From an uncultured Gemmatimonadales bacterium (GTDB lineage: Bacteria > Gemmatimonadota > Gemmatimonadetes > Gemmatimonadales > Gemmatimonadaceae): DNA of 64,000 nt. The stretch's first letter is position 1. Each line of letters opens with the position of its first letter. The stretch lies in assembly GCA_963707505.1 (NCBI GenBank), contig CAVPQB010000006.1:320001-384000 (forward strand). Direction: 5' to 3'. This document shows positions 39,565 through 48,693 of the stretch, in pieces. The notes beneath the pieces were generated by a model. It did no database searches, was not told where the DNA came from, and worked only from the letters and a program-made list of their open reading frames with translations. Position numbers and translations under genes: made by a program.

Positions 39565-41600
39565 CGTGTGGCTCCGCGGCCACACGTTGTCGCTCGGGTC
39601 CCGGTCGGGAAATCTGCGGCCGGGATCCAGTGTTATCGAATCGATCTTGCGTCCGCCGAAGTCGAGCACTGCGTTGTACGTTCGGCTGCCATTGAACCAG
39701 ACGTCCACCGGCCACGTGACGATCGCGGTGTTCGCATCTGTCATTCGCGCGTTCTTCATGGCGCGGATCGCCGGTCCAGTCGTTGCGAACTTCACTTCGA
39801 GAACTACTGGCGACGGCATCGCACCGTCCTGGCGAACGTACGACCGTCGTTCGCGCACCGGCTGTCTTCACGCTGGAAATCGACCCATCGACCGATTCAG
39901 TCGTGAACAACCAGTAGTACCAGAACCAGCTCAGATCCCTGTGCAGCGAGTTGTTCATGAACAGCGCGTAGTCCCACGGCGATGGGATGCTTGAAGCGCC
40001 ACGCCTTTGCGTAGTCGCTCATCGCATGCCAGACCGCGCTGTCGCCGACGATGCCGCCGAGCATCGATAGCATGAGCGGCGCCTTGCCGTAGGCCTGGAA
40101 GGAGTACATGGGGCCGCCGTAGTTCGCGTCCCACATGAGCGGCGCCTCACGCTCGTTGCCACTGGTACGACCGTACGATTGTCCCAGACTGTCCACGTTG
40201 TGGCGTCTGGCCGAGACGGTCGAAGCGCGAGAGGATGTTCATGTACTGATTGAATCCTTCGTCCATGAAACCGTACCACGTCTCGTTGGTGCCGACCATC
40301 ATCGGCCACCACTGGTGGCCGGTTTCGTGATCGGACGCACCAGCGCTCGACATGATGAACATCGGATATTCCATTCCGCCTTCGGGACCGTCCACCATCG
40401 TGAGCAGCGGATAGGTGTACGGCATCCACAGCTTGGAATAGAACTCGAGCGCGTGACGCGCGGTTGGACCCGCAGTTAGCATACTTGCTGGTGTTACCGG
40501 GCTCGTAGAAGATGTTGACCGGAATCGACGCCCTTCCCCGGGATCGTCGCGCGCGTCGCATCCCACACGAAACGGTTCGACGTTCGCCCACGCGAACGTC
40601 GCCGACGCGTGTCGGCAACGAAGTGCCAGACGAGTCTATCGCCGGCGGCAGTCGATTTGCCGGGCCCGCGCTCGTCGGCGCTCGACGATGGTGATCGTCG
40701 AATCGGATTCGCAGAGCGTGCGACAGTTGTTCGCGTGCGCTTCGCGGTCAGCACCTGCTCCGGATTCTGCAGCACACCGGTCGATCCGACGAGCCAGCCA
40801 GCCGGCATGTCGAGCTTCACATCGAAGTGGCCGTAGTTGTTGTAGAACTCGGACGGCCCGAGATACGGATCCGTGTCCCAGCCACGCAGGTCGTCGAACA
40901 CTGCTACGCGCGGATACCACTGACCGACCTGATACAGCGAGTCGCCCCACGCACCCATGCGCAGTCCGCGAACTCCCAACGACTGTGGAACGCGAAAGTG
41001 CCACTCGGCTTCGATCGTACTCGTTCCCTTCGCGGGGATCGGCGCGGGAAGCTTGATCGTTGCAACGGTCTGAGTGATACCAGTTGCTTCAGGGTGCGTG
41101 ATCGGTGGTGCCTGCCTGCCGCGAGGGCTTCGTCCTGCTGAGTTGCTTCTGTCGCTGAGATCGACGTTCGCGCCATCGACAGTCAGCTTCGTCACGACCA
41201 TCCCATCCGTGATTTCCGGAACCGTTTCGGCGCGCGGCACGTTGGCGCGATAGATGTTCTGATCCAGCCGCAGCACGATCTCGTGCATCGCCGAATCGCT
41301 GTTGTTGTGGATCACGACACGCTCGCTACCGCTCACTGTCGATGTCGGGGCGTCGAAGCGCGCGTTGATGGTGTAGTCGTTCCACAGCTGCCAGTAATTG
41401 CGCCCGGGGCGTCCTGTCGAATCGCGCGTCCCCGCTTCCCATGCTCGGCGGATCATGTTGGTGAGCGGGATGTCTCTCCGTATCGCGCGCGGCGCGTTTG
41501 TCGGCGTGTACGGAAGAACGGGCGCGGACTGTTGCGCGGAAATCGGCAAAGCGACTGCGCTGGAGAGTAGCGCGAGCGCGGCGATGGATCGAACGGACAT
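39553..41600 (-). CDS. M1 family metallopeptidase; many frameshifts between about 39840 and 40740
   Basis: PGRNYWQ, QWYPRVAVFDD.RGW, GGMEYPM, HETGHQWW...DEG (HExxH..E) and W.FKHP, spread over successive frames. Confidence 0.85.
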
Positions 41601-41714
41601 CCAGGCTCCTTGGCGGGACATGACTGAAATACCACGTTTGGCGCCGCTATGCGAGCGGCGCGATGGAACTGTCGATGTCTGATATACGCATAAGAGCGGC
41701 GGAATGTCGTCATC

Positions 41715-41940
41715 CTCGCCGCGTGTCGTCATCCCCGCGAAGGCGGGGATCCATGGCCGAGGCTGGAGGCATAGCATCCAGGTTCGCAGGTGTCGCCGTA
41801 GACGGATGAAAGACCAGACTACGGTCGTTCCAGCCTATCCATTACACCTGCAAACGTGGGGAACGTCATCTGATCGCCGTCCATGGGCCCCCGCTTTTGC
41901 GGGGGTGACGTTCGTTCGCGGGACGACGACGCGCGGCGAG
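41715..41940. repeat. Long REPIN-like element (family A) with an unrelated spacer of about 125 nt
   Basis: Arms at 41727-41756 and 41881-41910. Outer inverted flanks CTCGCCGCGTGTCGTC / GACGACGCGCGGCGAG. Confidence 0.8.
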
Positions 41941-41970
41941 ACCACGTCCCTCGCCAGAGCCACGCAGACT

Positions 41971-42519
41971 CTACCGCTCCGCGTACGGCCGCGTTGTCCC
42001 GTCTCGCATCATCGCGAGCACTGTATAGTGCTCCGGGGTTCCGCCTTCCATGCCGGGGGTGCCGGTCACCATGCCCGGGACTGTCAGTCCGACAACATCA
42101 GCCGGCTTATCGGTGAGAAGCTTCTGCACCAGATCGGCTGGTACGTGTCCTTCGATCACGTACTTGCCGACTTCCGCGGTGTGGCATGACGCGGTGGCGT
42201 CGTTGATTCCGTGCGCGGTCTTGATCGAGTCGAGCACTCGTGCCGGCTCGTCGATTGCTGTCACCTGGAATCCATTGTCGCGCATGTGCTGCACCCACGC
42301 CTTGCAGCATCCGCATTGGGCGTCCTTGTAAACGACGACCGGTGTGCCTGGTGTACCGGGCGCGAGCGTCGCTGCTGCGTGCGTGGCGAGTCCCTGCGTC
42401 GAGGCTTGTTGGCTCGCGGGCGGGGTGTCGGCTTTGCTGGAGGAACAGCCGAGTGCGGCGATGATTCCAGCGACGGCAATCGTGGCGTGGAACCGTGATG
42501 TGTTCGGGACGTTCAACAT
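41971..42519 (-). CDS. DUF411 metal-binding lipoprotein
   Basis: CGCCK.W..H, SCHTA....YVIEGHVPA and GL.VPGM..G.PGME. Confidence 0.92.
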   Translation of the reverse strand: MLNVPNTSRFHATIAVAGIIAALGCSSSKADTPPASQQASTQGLATHAAATLAPGTPGTPVVVYKDAQCGCCKAWVQHMRDNGFQVTAIDEPARVLDSIKTAHGINDATASCHTAEVGKYVIEGHVPADLVQKLLTDKPADVVGLTVPGMVTGTPGMEGGTPEHYTVLAMMRDGTTRPYAER

Positions 42520-42544
42520 CGTAACACTCTCCAATTCTGTCCGT

Positions 42545-42648
42545 CGTCATCCCCGCGAAAGCGGGGATCCATGTTATCGATCTCTGGATGCGATGAGTGC
42601 AGGAAACTGGTCGGCAACAGGTGGATTCCCGCTTTCGCGGGAATGACG
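42545..42648. repeat. REPIN-like element (family A)
   Basis: 104 bp, the same length as the 12923 copy, in the opposite orientation, with a conserved spacer. Confidence 0.9.
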
Positions 42649-42665
42649 AGTCTGTAACGACGCCT

Positions 42666-42947
42666 CTAATGACTTATCGTGCCCAGCTTGCTCGTATCGA
42701 TCTCGCTGGACTCGCCGCGCTTGAACAGGAACGCTTCCATGTTGCGCGTGATGAACTGACGCGCCTGGGGGTCCATCACGTTGAGACCGTAGTGATTGAT
42801 CAGCATCGTCTGCTGCTTGAGCCAGTCGCCCCAGCAGACCTGGCAGATCTCGCCGAGTGCGCGCGCGCCGATCGGACCGGGGAACGGTGCGCGCTCGAAT
42901 CCTTCACGCGTCTGGCCGCAGCGCGTGCATGTTACTGTTGCTGGCAT
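42666..42947 (-). CDS. YggX-like Fe(2+)-trafficking / oxidative damage protection protein
   Basis: PFPG.IG.R....I...W..WL..QTMLIN...LN..DP.AR.F....M..FLF. Confidence 0.85.
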   Translation of the reverse strand: MPATVTCTRCGQTREGFERAPFPGPIGARALGEICQVCWGDWLKQQTMLINHYGLNVMDPQARQFITRNMEAFLFKRGESSEIDTSKLGTISH

Positions 42948-43786
42948 TCTTCCATTCTGGTTCTCGGGTTACGCGAGCGGGTTGCGGAGGCGCGCGTTAC
43001 GGCGGCGTCACGCACTTCCGCCGGCTCGTGCTGCCGCATTCCGCGCGCGTACTTGATCTCGGCGAGACGGAACATCGCGAGGATGCGGAGATACAGCGCA
43101 CCGACATCGAACTCGAACCAGCGCGCGGAGAAAACTGCGCTGTGCGGATCTGCGTGGTGGTTGTTGTGCAGCTCCTCACCGCCAAGCCAGATGCCGATGG
43201 GCGAGATGTTGCGGCTCTCGTCCTTGACGTCGAAGTTGCGATAGCCGACTGCGTGACCGACGCCGTTAATGATGCCAGCTGCCCAGAACGGAATCCAGAT
43301 CATCTGAATGCCCCACACCAGCGGTCCGACGAAGAATCCGAAGAGCCAGATGTCGATGCCCAGCATCAGCAGGATGCCGACCCAGTTGAGCTTGGAGAAG
43401 ACATGACGCTCGAGCCAGTCGGTGGGAGTTCCCTTGCCGTACTTCTCCAGCATGCCCGGTTGCCTGACCGCCTTGCGGTAGTAGAAGGCGCCCTTGAGCA
43501 CGATGTTGCGGAGACCTTCCATCAGCGGCGAGTGCGGATCACCCTCGCGGTCCGCAAATGCGTGGTGCTTGCGGTGGCAGGCCACCCATTCCTTCGTGAC
43601 GATGGCCGTCGACAGCCACAGCCAGATGCGCATCGGAAGCGCAGCCAGATAGTGGAGCTCGACACCGCGATGGGTCTGGGCACGATGGAGGAAGATCGTC
43701 ACGCAGACGTTTGTGATGTGTCCAGCGACGATGATGAAAAGAACCGGCTTCCACCAGGCGGTGGCGAGAGCTGCGAAATGGGGCAT
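42932..43786 (-). CDS. Fatty acid (acyl-CoA delta-9 type) desaturase
   Basis: His boxes HRAQTH, HRKHH and HNNHH, plus DPHSP. Confidence 0.93.
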   Translation of the reverse strand: MPHFAALATAWWKPVLFIIVAGHITNVCVTIFLHRAQTHRGVELHYLAALPMRIWLWLSTAIVTKEWVACHRKHHAFADREGDPHSPLMEGLRNIVLKGAFYYRKAVRQPGMLEKYGKGTPTDWLERHVFSKLNWVGILLMLGIDIWLFGFFVGPLVWGIQMIWIPFWAAGIINGVGHAVGYRNFDVKDESRNISPIGIWLGGEELHNNHHADPHSAVFSARWFEFDVGALYLRILAMFRLAEIKYARGMRQHEPAEVRDAAVTRASATRSRNPRTRMEECQQQ

Positions 43787-43873
43787 TATGGCGTCAATCT
43801 CCGTGATCTGTAGCAGAGTTGTAATCTATAAAGACGCAGGAATCAGGGTATCAGGCAAAATCCTACCGAACGA

Positions 43874-44998
43874 TTGTTCGAATGGTCGTCGATCAAGCGG
43901 ATGGGTCAAAGCGACGCAGCCACTTGCGATGGCGCCACTTGCGATGGCGCCACTCGGCCGGCATCATCCCGCGACATGCCAACAGCCGCCCATTCCGAAT
44001 CTCCTCCGAGTCCGCCATCCCCGCCGCTTTCCGCAATCGGGATCGGCTCGGCGCTGGGCGCGCCGACGGATGAGGAGGACGCGGCTTACGATCGCGCGTT
44101 ACGGCGTGCGATCGAGCTGGGTGTGAATCACGTGGATACGGCGATCAATTATCGCTGTCAGAGATCCGAGCGCGTGATCGGGCGTGTGCTGCGCGACGTC
44201 GGTACCGGTACCGGAGGAGCGCACGATGCGAAAATCTTCGTGACGACCAAGGGCGGATATCTGCCACTGGAAGCGCCGCCGCCGGCGAGCAAGGAAGAGT
44301 ACCGTGCGTACATCACGCGTGAATATCTCGATACGGGAATCATCGACGCCGCCGAGCTGGTTGCGGGCGGCCACTGCATCGCACCGAAATTTCTGCGCAA
44401 TCAGGTCGAGCGCAGTATCGCGAACCTTGGCGTCGATTCGATCGACATCTATTACATACACAATCCGGAACAGCAGCTCGAGGCGATTACGTCCAAGGAG
44501 TTCGACAATCGCATGCATGACGCGTTCGCCGAGTTGGAGCGCTGTGTGAACGATGGGTTGATACAGTCATACGGTTGCGCGACGTGGAACGGCCTTCGCG
44601 TTCCGGCGGACGCGCAGAATCACATATCCGTCGAATCGCTCGTGTCTGCCGCACGCGACGTGGCGGGCGACGAGCATCACATGGTTGCCGTGCAGATGCC
44701 GGTGAATCTCGGGATGATGGAAGGAGTGCGCTCGCCGACGCAGATGGTGAATGGACACCAGCGTACAGCACTCGAATCCGCCGGCGACATGGGAGTCGCG
44801 ATGATAGCGGTCGCTCCGCTCATGCAGGGACGTCTGGCGACCAATCTCCCGCCGGCTGCGCGTGAGGCGTTCCCGGAAGCGAAGACGGATGCCGCGTGCG
44901 CGTTGTCGTTCGTGCGAATGCTGCCGAATATTGCGAGCATCGTAGTGGGAATGCGCGACGTGAGACATGTGGAGGAGAACGTGGAGCTCTTCACGTAG
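43874..44998 (+). CDS. Aldo/keto reductase; true start uncertain, possibly 43976
   Basis: DTAINYR.QRSER, TKGGY, IDIYYIHNPE and PL.QG. Confidence 0.88.
   Translation: MFEWSSIKRMGQSDAATCDGATCDGATRPASSRDMPTAAHSESPPSPPSPPLSAIGIGSALGAPTDEEDAAYDRALRRAIELGVNHVDTAINYRCQRSERVIGRVLRDVGTGTGGAHDAKIFVTTKGGYLPLEAPPPASKEEYRAYITREYLDTGIIDAAELVAGGHCIAPKFLRNQVERSIANLGVDSIDIYYIHNPEQQLEAITSKEFDNRMHDAFAELERCVNDGLIQSYGCATWNGLRVPADAQNHISVESLVSAARDVAGDEHHMVAVQMPVNLGMMEGVRSPTQMVNGHQRTALESAGDMGVAMIAVAPLMQGRLATNLPPAAREAFPEAKTDAACALSFVRMLPNIASIVVGMRDVRHVEENVELFT
43919..43954 (+). repeat. 15-bp tandem repeat GCCACTTGCGATGGC, about 2.4 copies
   Basis: Units start at 43919 and 43934, with a partial unit at 43949. Confidence 0.8.
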
Positions 44999-45012
44999 CG
45001 GTGTGAAGCTCG

Positions 45013-46092
45013 ATGCGAGTCGCGATCGTCGGTGGCGGGATCAATGGTGTGATGAGCGCATGGGCGCTCCGACGACGCGGCCACGAGGTCACGCTGTTCG
45101 AGCGCGGCGTGCTGATGGGCGCGACGAGTGGTGCATCCAGCAAGCTGCTGCACGGCGGCCTGCGGTATCTCGAGCAGGGTGACGTACGGCAGGTGTACGA
45201 GGGATTGCACGAGCGACGCTGGTGGATGCAGCGCGCGCCGGAGCTCACGCGACGGGTCGAGCTGTTTCTGCCGTTGTACAGTCATGCGCCGCACGGACGT
45301 CTCGCGCTAGCCGCGGGTCTCACTGCATACGACCTGCTTGCGGGCCGAGCGAGACTCGGGCGTCATCGATGGTGGAGCAAAGGACATATACCGGAGCGCG
45401 CAAGCGGCCTCAAGCGCGACGGATTGCGCGGTGCGTTCTCGTACTGGGACGCGCAGATGGACGACGCGGCGCTCGGCCGCTGGGCGGCTGACCGCGCGCG
45501 TGACGACGGCGTCGTGATTCACGAGAACACCGAAGTCACGCACATCGCGTGCGATGGTGAACTGCGTACGACGCGTAGCACTTCGCGATTCGACGTGATA
45601 GTGAACATTGCGGGACCATGGGCGCGTGCATTGCTGGACGCGAGCGGAATCGCATCGCACACGCGGCTCGATCTCGTGCGCGGGTCTCATCTCGTTGTGA
45701 ACAGACCCACTGAAGCCGGATTCGCGTTGAACCTGCCGTCGGATGGCCGGCTCGTGTTTGTGCTGCCGCATCACGGACGCACTCTGGTTGGAACGACGGA
45801 AGTGCGTCAGACGCTCGCGGATCCAATTGCATGTAGCGGCGCGGAGCGTGCATATCTCGTGGATGCATACAATACGTTCTTTGTGAACGCGATTGGTGAT
45901 GCGGACATCGAGGCGACGTTCGCCGGCGTGCGCCCGTTGGTGGATTCGGGGAAGTCGGCGCACGCGCAGCGGCGTGGAGAGACGATCGAAGTGGACGGTC
46001 GTGTCGTGAGCGTGTTCGGTGGTAAATGGACGACGTCGCGGTTGCTGGGAGAGCGGGTAGCGGATGCGGTGCAAACCGTGCACGATCAGTAA
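45013..46092 (+). CDS. FAD-dependent glycerol-3-phosphate dehydrogenase/oxidase-like protein (short form)
   Basis: GGGING, TS..SSKLLHGGLRYLE, RGSHL, GTT, FAGVRPL and GGKWTT.R. Confidence 0.85.
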   Translation: MRVAIVGGGINGVMSAWALRRRGHEVTLFERGVLMGATSGASSKLLHGGLRYLEQGDVRQVYEGLHERRWWMQRAPELTRRVELFLPLYSHAPHGRLALAAGLTAYDLLAGRARLGRHRWWSKGHIPERASGLKRDGLRGAFSYWDAQMDDAALGRWAADRARDDGVVIHENTEVTHIACDGELRTTRSTSRFDVIVNIAGPWARALLDASGIASHTRLDLVRGSHLVVNRPTEAGFALNLPSDGRLVFVLPHHGRTLVGTTEVRQTLADPIACSGAERAYLVDAYNTFFVNAIGDADIEATFAGVRPLVDSGKSAHAQRRGETIEVDGRVVSVFGGKWTTSRLLGERVADAVQTVHDQ

Positions 46093-46197
46093 TGGTCCAT
46101 CCTGATCCTGAAATCCTTTCCCGTCGGGATGGAACTCTTAATCCACTGATGGGTAACAGCGTGTGCACATCTGTTTTTGCGGCATCGCCTTATTTGC

Positions 46198-46227
46198 TTG
46201 ACTTCCCCGATACCCCGGGGTTACCGT
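46198..46227 (+). promoter_or_regulatory. Putative sigma70 promoter
   Basis: TTGACT-N18-TACCGT upstream of the leader ORF. Confidence 0.5.
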
Positions 46228-46305
46228 ACCAACAGACGGCTGCGTCACGGCAGTTAAACACCATTCGGAACACGCAACCGTTTTTTTGCTAACGGAGATC
46301 ATCTA

Positions 46306-46518
46306 ATGTCGACTTCAACTCAGCGCGCGGATCTCGATCCGACTTGCGGCACTGGCCGGTCAATGGCCTGCCGGCCGGTCGGCTTGCGCGCGCCCAAACG
46401 AGTCGATCTGAGATGGATGATGCGTCGGAGCACGAGTTGCAGCCGAGTGTCGGCCATGCGACCGCGCACATCTCCCAATAGCAGGACGGGCAGCCAGGAG
46501 TACCGCTACAGCGGTTGA
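46306..46518 (+). CDS. Putative 70-aa leader peptide (uORF)
   Basis: SD GGAG before the ATG. Arg/Ser-rich (13 Arg). Stop lies 16 nt before the antiterminator strand. Confidence 0.55.
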   Translation: MSTSTQRADLDPTCGTGRSMACRPVGLRAPKRVDLRWMMRRSTSCSRVSAMRPRTSPNSRTGSQEYRYSG

Positions 46519-46534
46519 TCCGGCTCACAGTCAG

Positions 46535-46605
46535 AGGCGGGTTTCCCACTCGCCAACTCGACACCCCGCCTGCGCTTTCCAGCCTGGCGGGGTGTTTTTC
46601 GTTTT
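46535..46605 (+). terminator. Attenuator: intrinsic terminator with a competing antiterminator
   Basis: Stem ACACCCCGCC (46561-70) / GGCGGGGTGT (46586-95) followed by TTTTCGTTTT. AGGCGGG (46535-41) is complementary to CCCGCCT (46565-71). Confidence 0.7.
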
Positions 46606-46858
46606 CCAGCCACGCGTACACGACGCACGCTCTGCGGACGAATCACGCGGCACGACGCACTTGCTCGAATAACGACAGGAGGCAAGGATGAAGGCACTAT
46701 GGACCAAATTCGCAGTCCCGGTCTGCATGCCACCAGCGATCTCCGAACGCAACACGCAACGCGCGGCGCACCGAACGGAGGACGAATCAGAAATCATCAA
46801 TGGCAACGCGAATTAGAAGAAGCAACGGAAGAAGCGAGAGTGGTAACCGTCAGACGAA

Positions 46859-47152
46859 ATGAAGCAGTGCATTGAGAACGACACGGATCTGCTGAAGGCG
46901 CTGCACCATCGCGCCGATCTGCGTGCAGTGGTGCCGATCGTGCTCGATGTGATCGAACGTGATCCGCTTGCGTCGGCCGGATGCTTTCGTGGCGATCTGC
47001 TACGGGCGCTGATCGAGCTGCCGGCAACGTTCTGGCATGACGATCCGGCATCGTTCCACCGCTACAAGGAGGCGGTGCGCGCGGGTGCAATCGCGCGACT
47101 GGCGCTGCCACGCTCGGAGCGCATGGCGTTCTGGACGAACGCCGACGGGTAG
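46859..47152 (+). CDS. Contact-dependent inhibition immunity (CdiI-like) protein, orphan
   Basis: Pattern DL..A......L..V.P..L.V...DPLA.....GDLL.AL...P..FW resembles the E. coli 536 CdiI-like family. Recognised from memory, not searched. Confidence 0.6.
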   Translation: MKQCIENDTDLLKALHHRADLRAVVPIVLDVIERDPLASAGCFRGDLLRALIELPATFWHDDPASFHRYKEAVRAGAIARLALPRSERMAFWTNADG

Positions 47153-47173
47153 GGCGCGAAAGATTCGAAGAAA

Positions 47174-47232
47174 GTCGTCATGCCCGCGAAAGCGGGGATG
47201 ACGAATCTGGGAGCGTTCGCGGGCATGACGAG
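47174..47232. repeat. Compact family A REP cluster
   Basis: GTCGTCATGCCCGCGAAAGCGGGGATGACG followed by TTCGCGGGCATGACGAG. Confidence 0.75.
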
Positions 47233-47264
47233 TATTTGCCCATTCACCAAACAGGAGGACCGAA

Positions 47265-47606
47265 ATGAGATCGACCGGAGCAATATCGAGTGCACAACTG
47301 CGCGAGCTGGAGGCGGACATCCGCTCCGAGCTGGCACGCATCGAGCGATCGCTCGCGCGCGAGACGCAGGAAGAGGCACTGCTCGCGGATAGCTCGTCGC
47401 TTCGCGTTGCTTCCGGCACCGCGAGCGACGGTGGCCTCACGGTCACGCTCACCGGCCGCGTCCATGCTCGGCATGCGGAGCTGACCGAGGCGCTAAGGCG
47501 CATCGAGGACGGGAGGTACGGTGTCTGCGGACACTGTGGGGAGGGCATTGCATATGGACGCCTGCTCGTCGTCCCCGAAGCAACCAACTGCCTGGAGTGC
47601 CGATAA
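47265..47606 (+). CDS. DksA/TraR family C4 zinc-finger protein
   Basis: ALRRI.DG.YG.C..CGE.I...RL..VP....C..C. SD AGGAGG. Confidence 0.88.
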   Translation: MRSTGAISSAQLRELEADIRSELARIERSLARETQEEALLADSSSLRVASGTASDGGLTVTLTGRVHARHAELTEALRRIEDGRYGVCGHCGEGIAYGRLLVVPEATNCLECR

Positions 47607-47660
47607 TGGGTGGCTCTGATCGAAAGCGCCTCGTCATGTGGCGTCGCTTAATGTTGATGC

Positions 47661-48674
47661 ATGCAGCCGCCAGAGGACAGAACGGTTCAGTCACAGATGC
47701 CGATACACAAAAGCACCCACGGGAAATTCCTGAATCCGTGGCCACACACGAGTCCTCACGGACTGCGTGACGTACTGAAATGGGTCCGGGATCGCCGCAG
47801 AACTCGGCGCCCGGATCCGCCGGCGTCGATCTTTCCCCGCGCAACTCCGGCATTCCCCACACGTGCGACGATCGATGAAGTCGTCGTCACATGGATAGGC
47901 CACTCGAGCTTTCTGCTCCAGATCGGATCGGTGAACATTCTGCTGGATCCGATCTGGAGCAAGCGCGCGTCACCGGTGAGCTTCGCCGGTCCCAAACGCG
48001 CGACGGAACCTGGCGTGAGCTTCGATTCGCTGCCGCCGATCGATCTGGTGATGCTCTCACATGACCACTACGACCATCTCGACGTCGCAACGATCCGGCG
48101 CATAGCCGCGCGGCATCCACACGCGCAATTCATCGCGCCGATCGGTGTCGGCGCCTGGCTCCGTGCTCGCGGTGCGAAGGTCGTGGCGGAGCTGGACTGG
48201 TGGCAGAGCATGCACTCGCACAGTCTCGAAATCACCTGCACGCCGGCACAACACTTCTCCGGGAGACGCCCGAACAACCGGGACTCGACGCTCTGGTGCG
48301 GCTGGACGATCCGTGCAGGCGATCGCGCTGTCTTCTTCGCTGGTGACACGGGACGGCATCCGGAGTTCGGCGAGATCACGCGACGACTCGGTCCATTCGA
48401 GGCTGCGTTCATTCCGATCGGCGCTTACGATCCGCGGTGGTTCATGCAGCCGGTGCACATGGCGCCGGATGAAGCCGTATCGGCTTATGTCGATGTCGTC
48501 GCGGAGAACTCGGGACAGGCATGCAGGTTCGTCGCGATGCACTGGGGGACGTTCAAGCTTACGGATGAGCCGCTGGATGAGCCACCGGCGCTTACACGAG
48601 TGGAGTGGGAAAAGGCGGGGCTGGATCCGGAGATGTTATGGGTGATGGCGCACGGGGAGACGCGCAGGGTGTAG
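47661..48674 (+). CDS. MBL-fold metallo-hydrolase (NAPE-PLD/RomA-like)
   Basis: WIGHSS, SHDHYDHLD, PAQHFSGR, FAGDTG, PIGAY.P and MHWGTF. Confidence 0.92.
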   Translation: MQPPEDRTVQSQMPIHKSTHGKFLNPWPHTSPHGLRDVLKWVRDRRRTRRPDPPASIFPRATPAFPTRATIDEVVVTWIGHSSFLLQIGSVNILLDPIWSKRASPVSFAGPKRATEPGVSFDSLPPIDLVMLSHDHYDHLDVATIRRIAARHPHAQFIAPIGVGAWLRARGAKVVAELDWWQSMHSHSLEITCTPAQHFSGRRPNNRDSTLWCGWTIRAGDRAVFFAGDTGRHPEFGEITRRLGPFEAAFIPIGAYDPRWFMQPVHMAPDEAVSAYVDVVAENSGQACRFVAMHWGTFKLTDEPLDEPPALTRVEWEKAGLDPEMLWVMAHGETRRV

Positions 48675-48693
48675 GTGCGGCTAACCCGGCGGT

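Noticed and set aside
41800..41830. CGGATGA-stem as a hammerhead ribozyme core
   Set aside because: Lacks the exact CUGANGA and the GAAA following stem II.
46384..46398. LRAPK in the leader as a RAPP/RAGP-type arrest motif
   Set aside because: The fourth residue does not match known arrest motifs and it sits mid-peptide, so it is too weak to claim.
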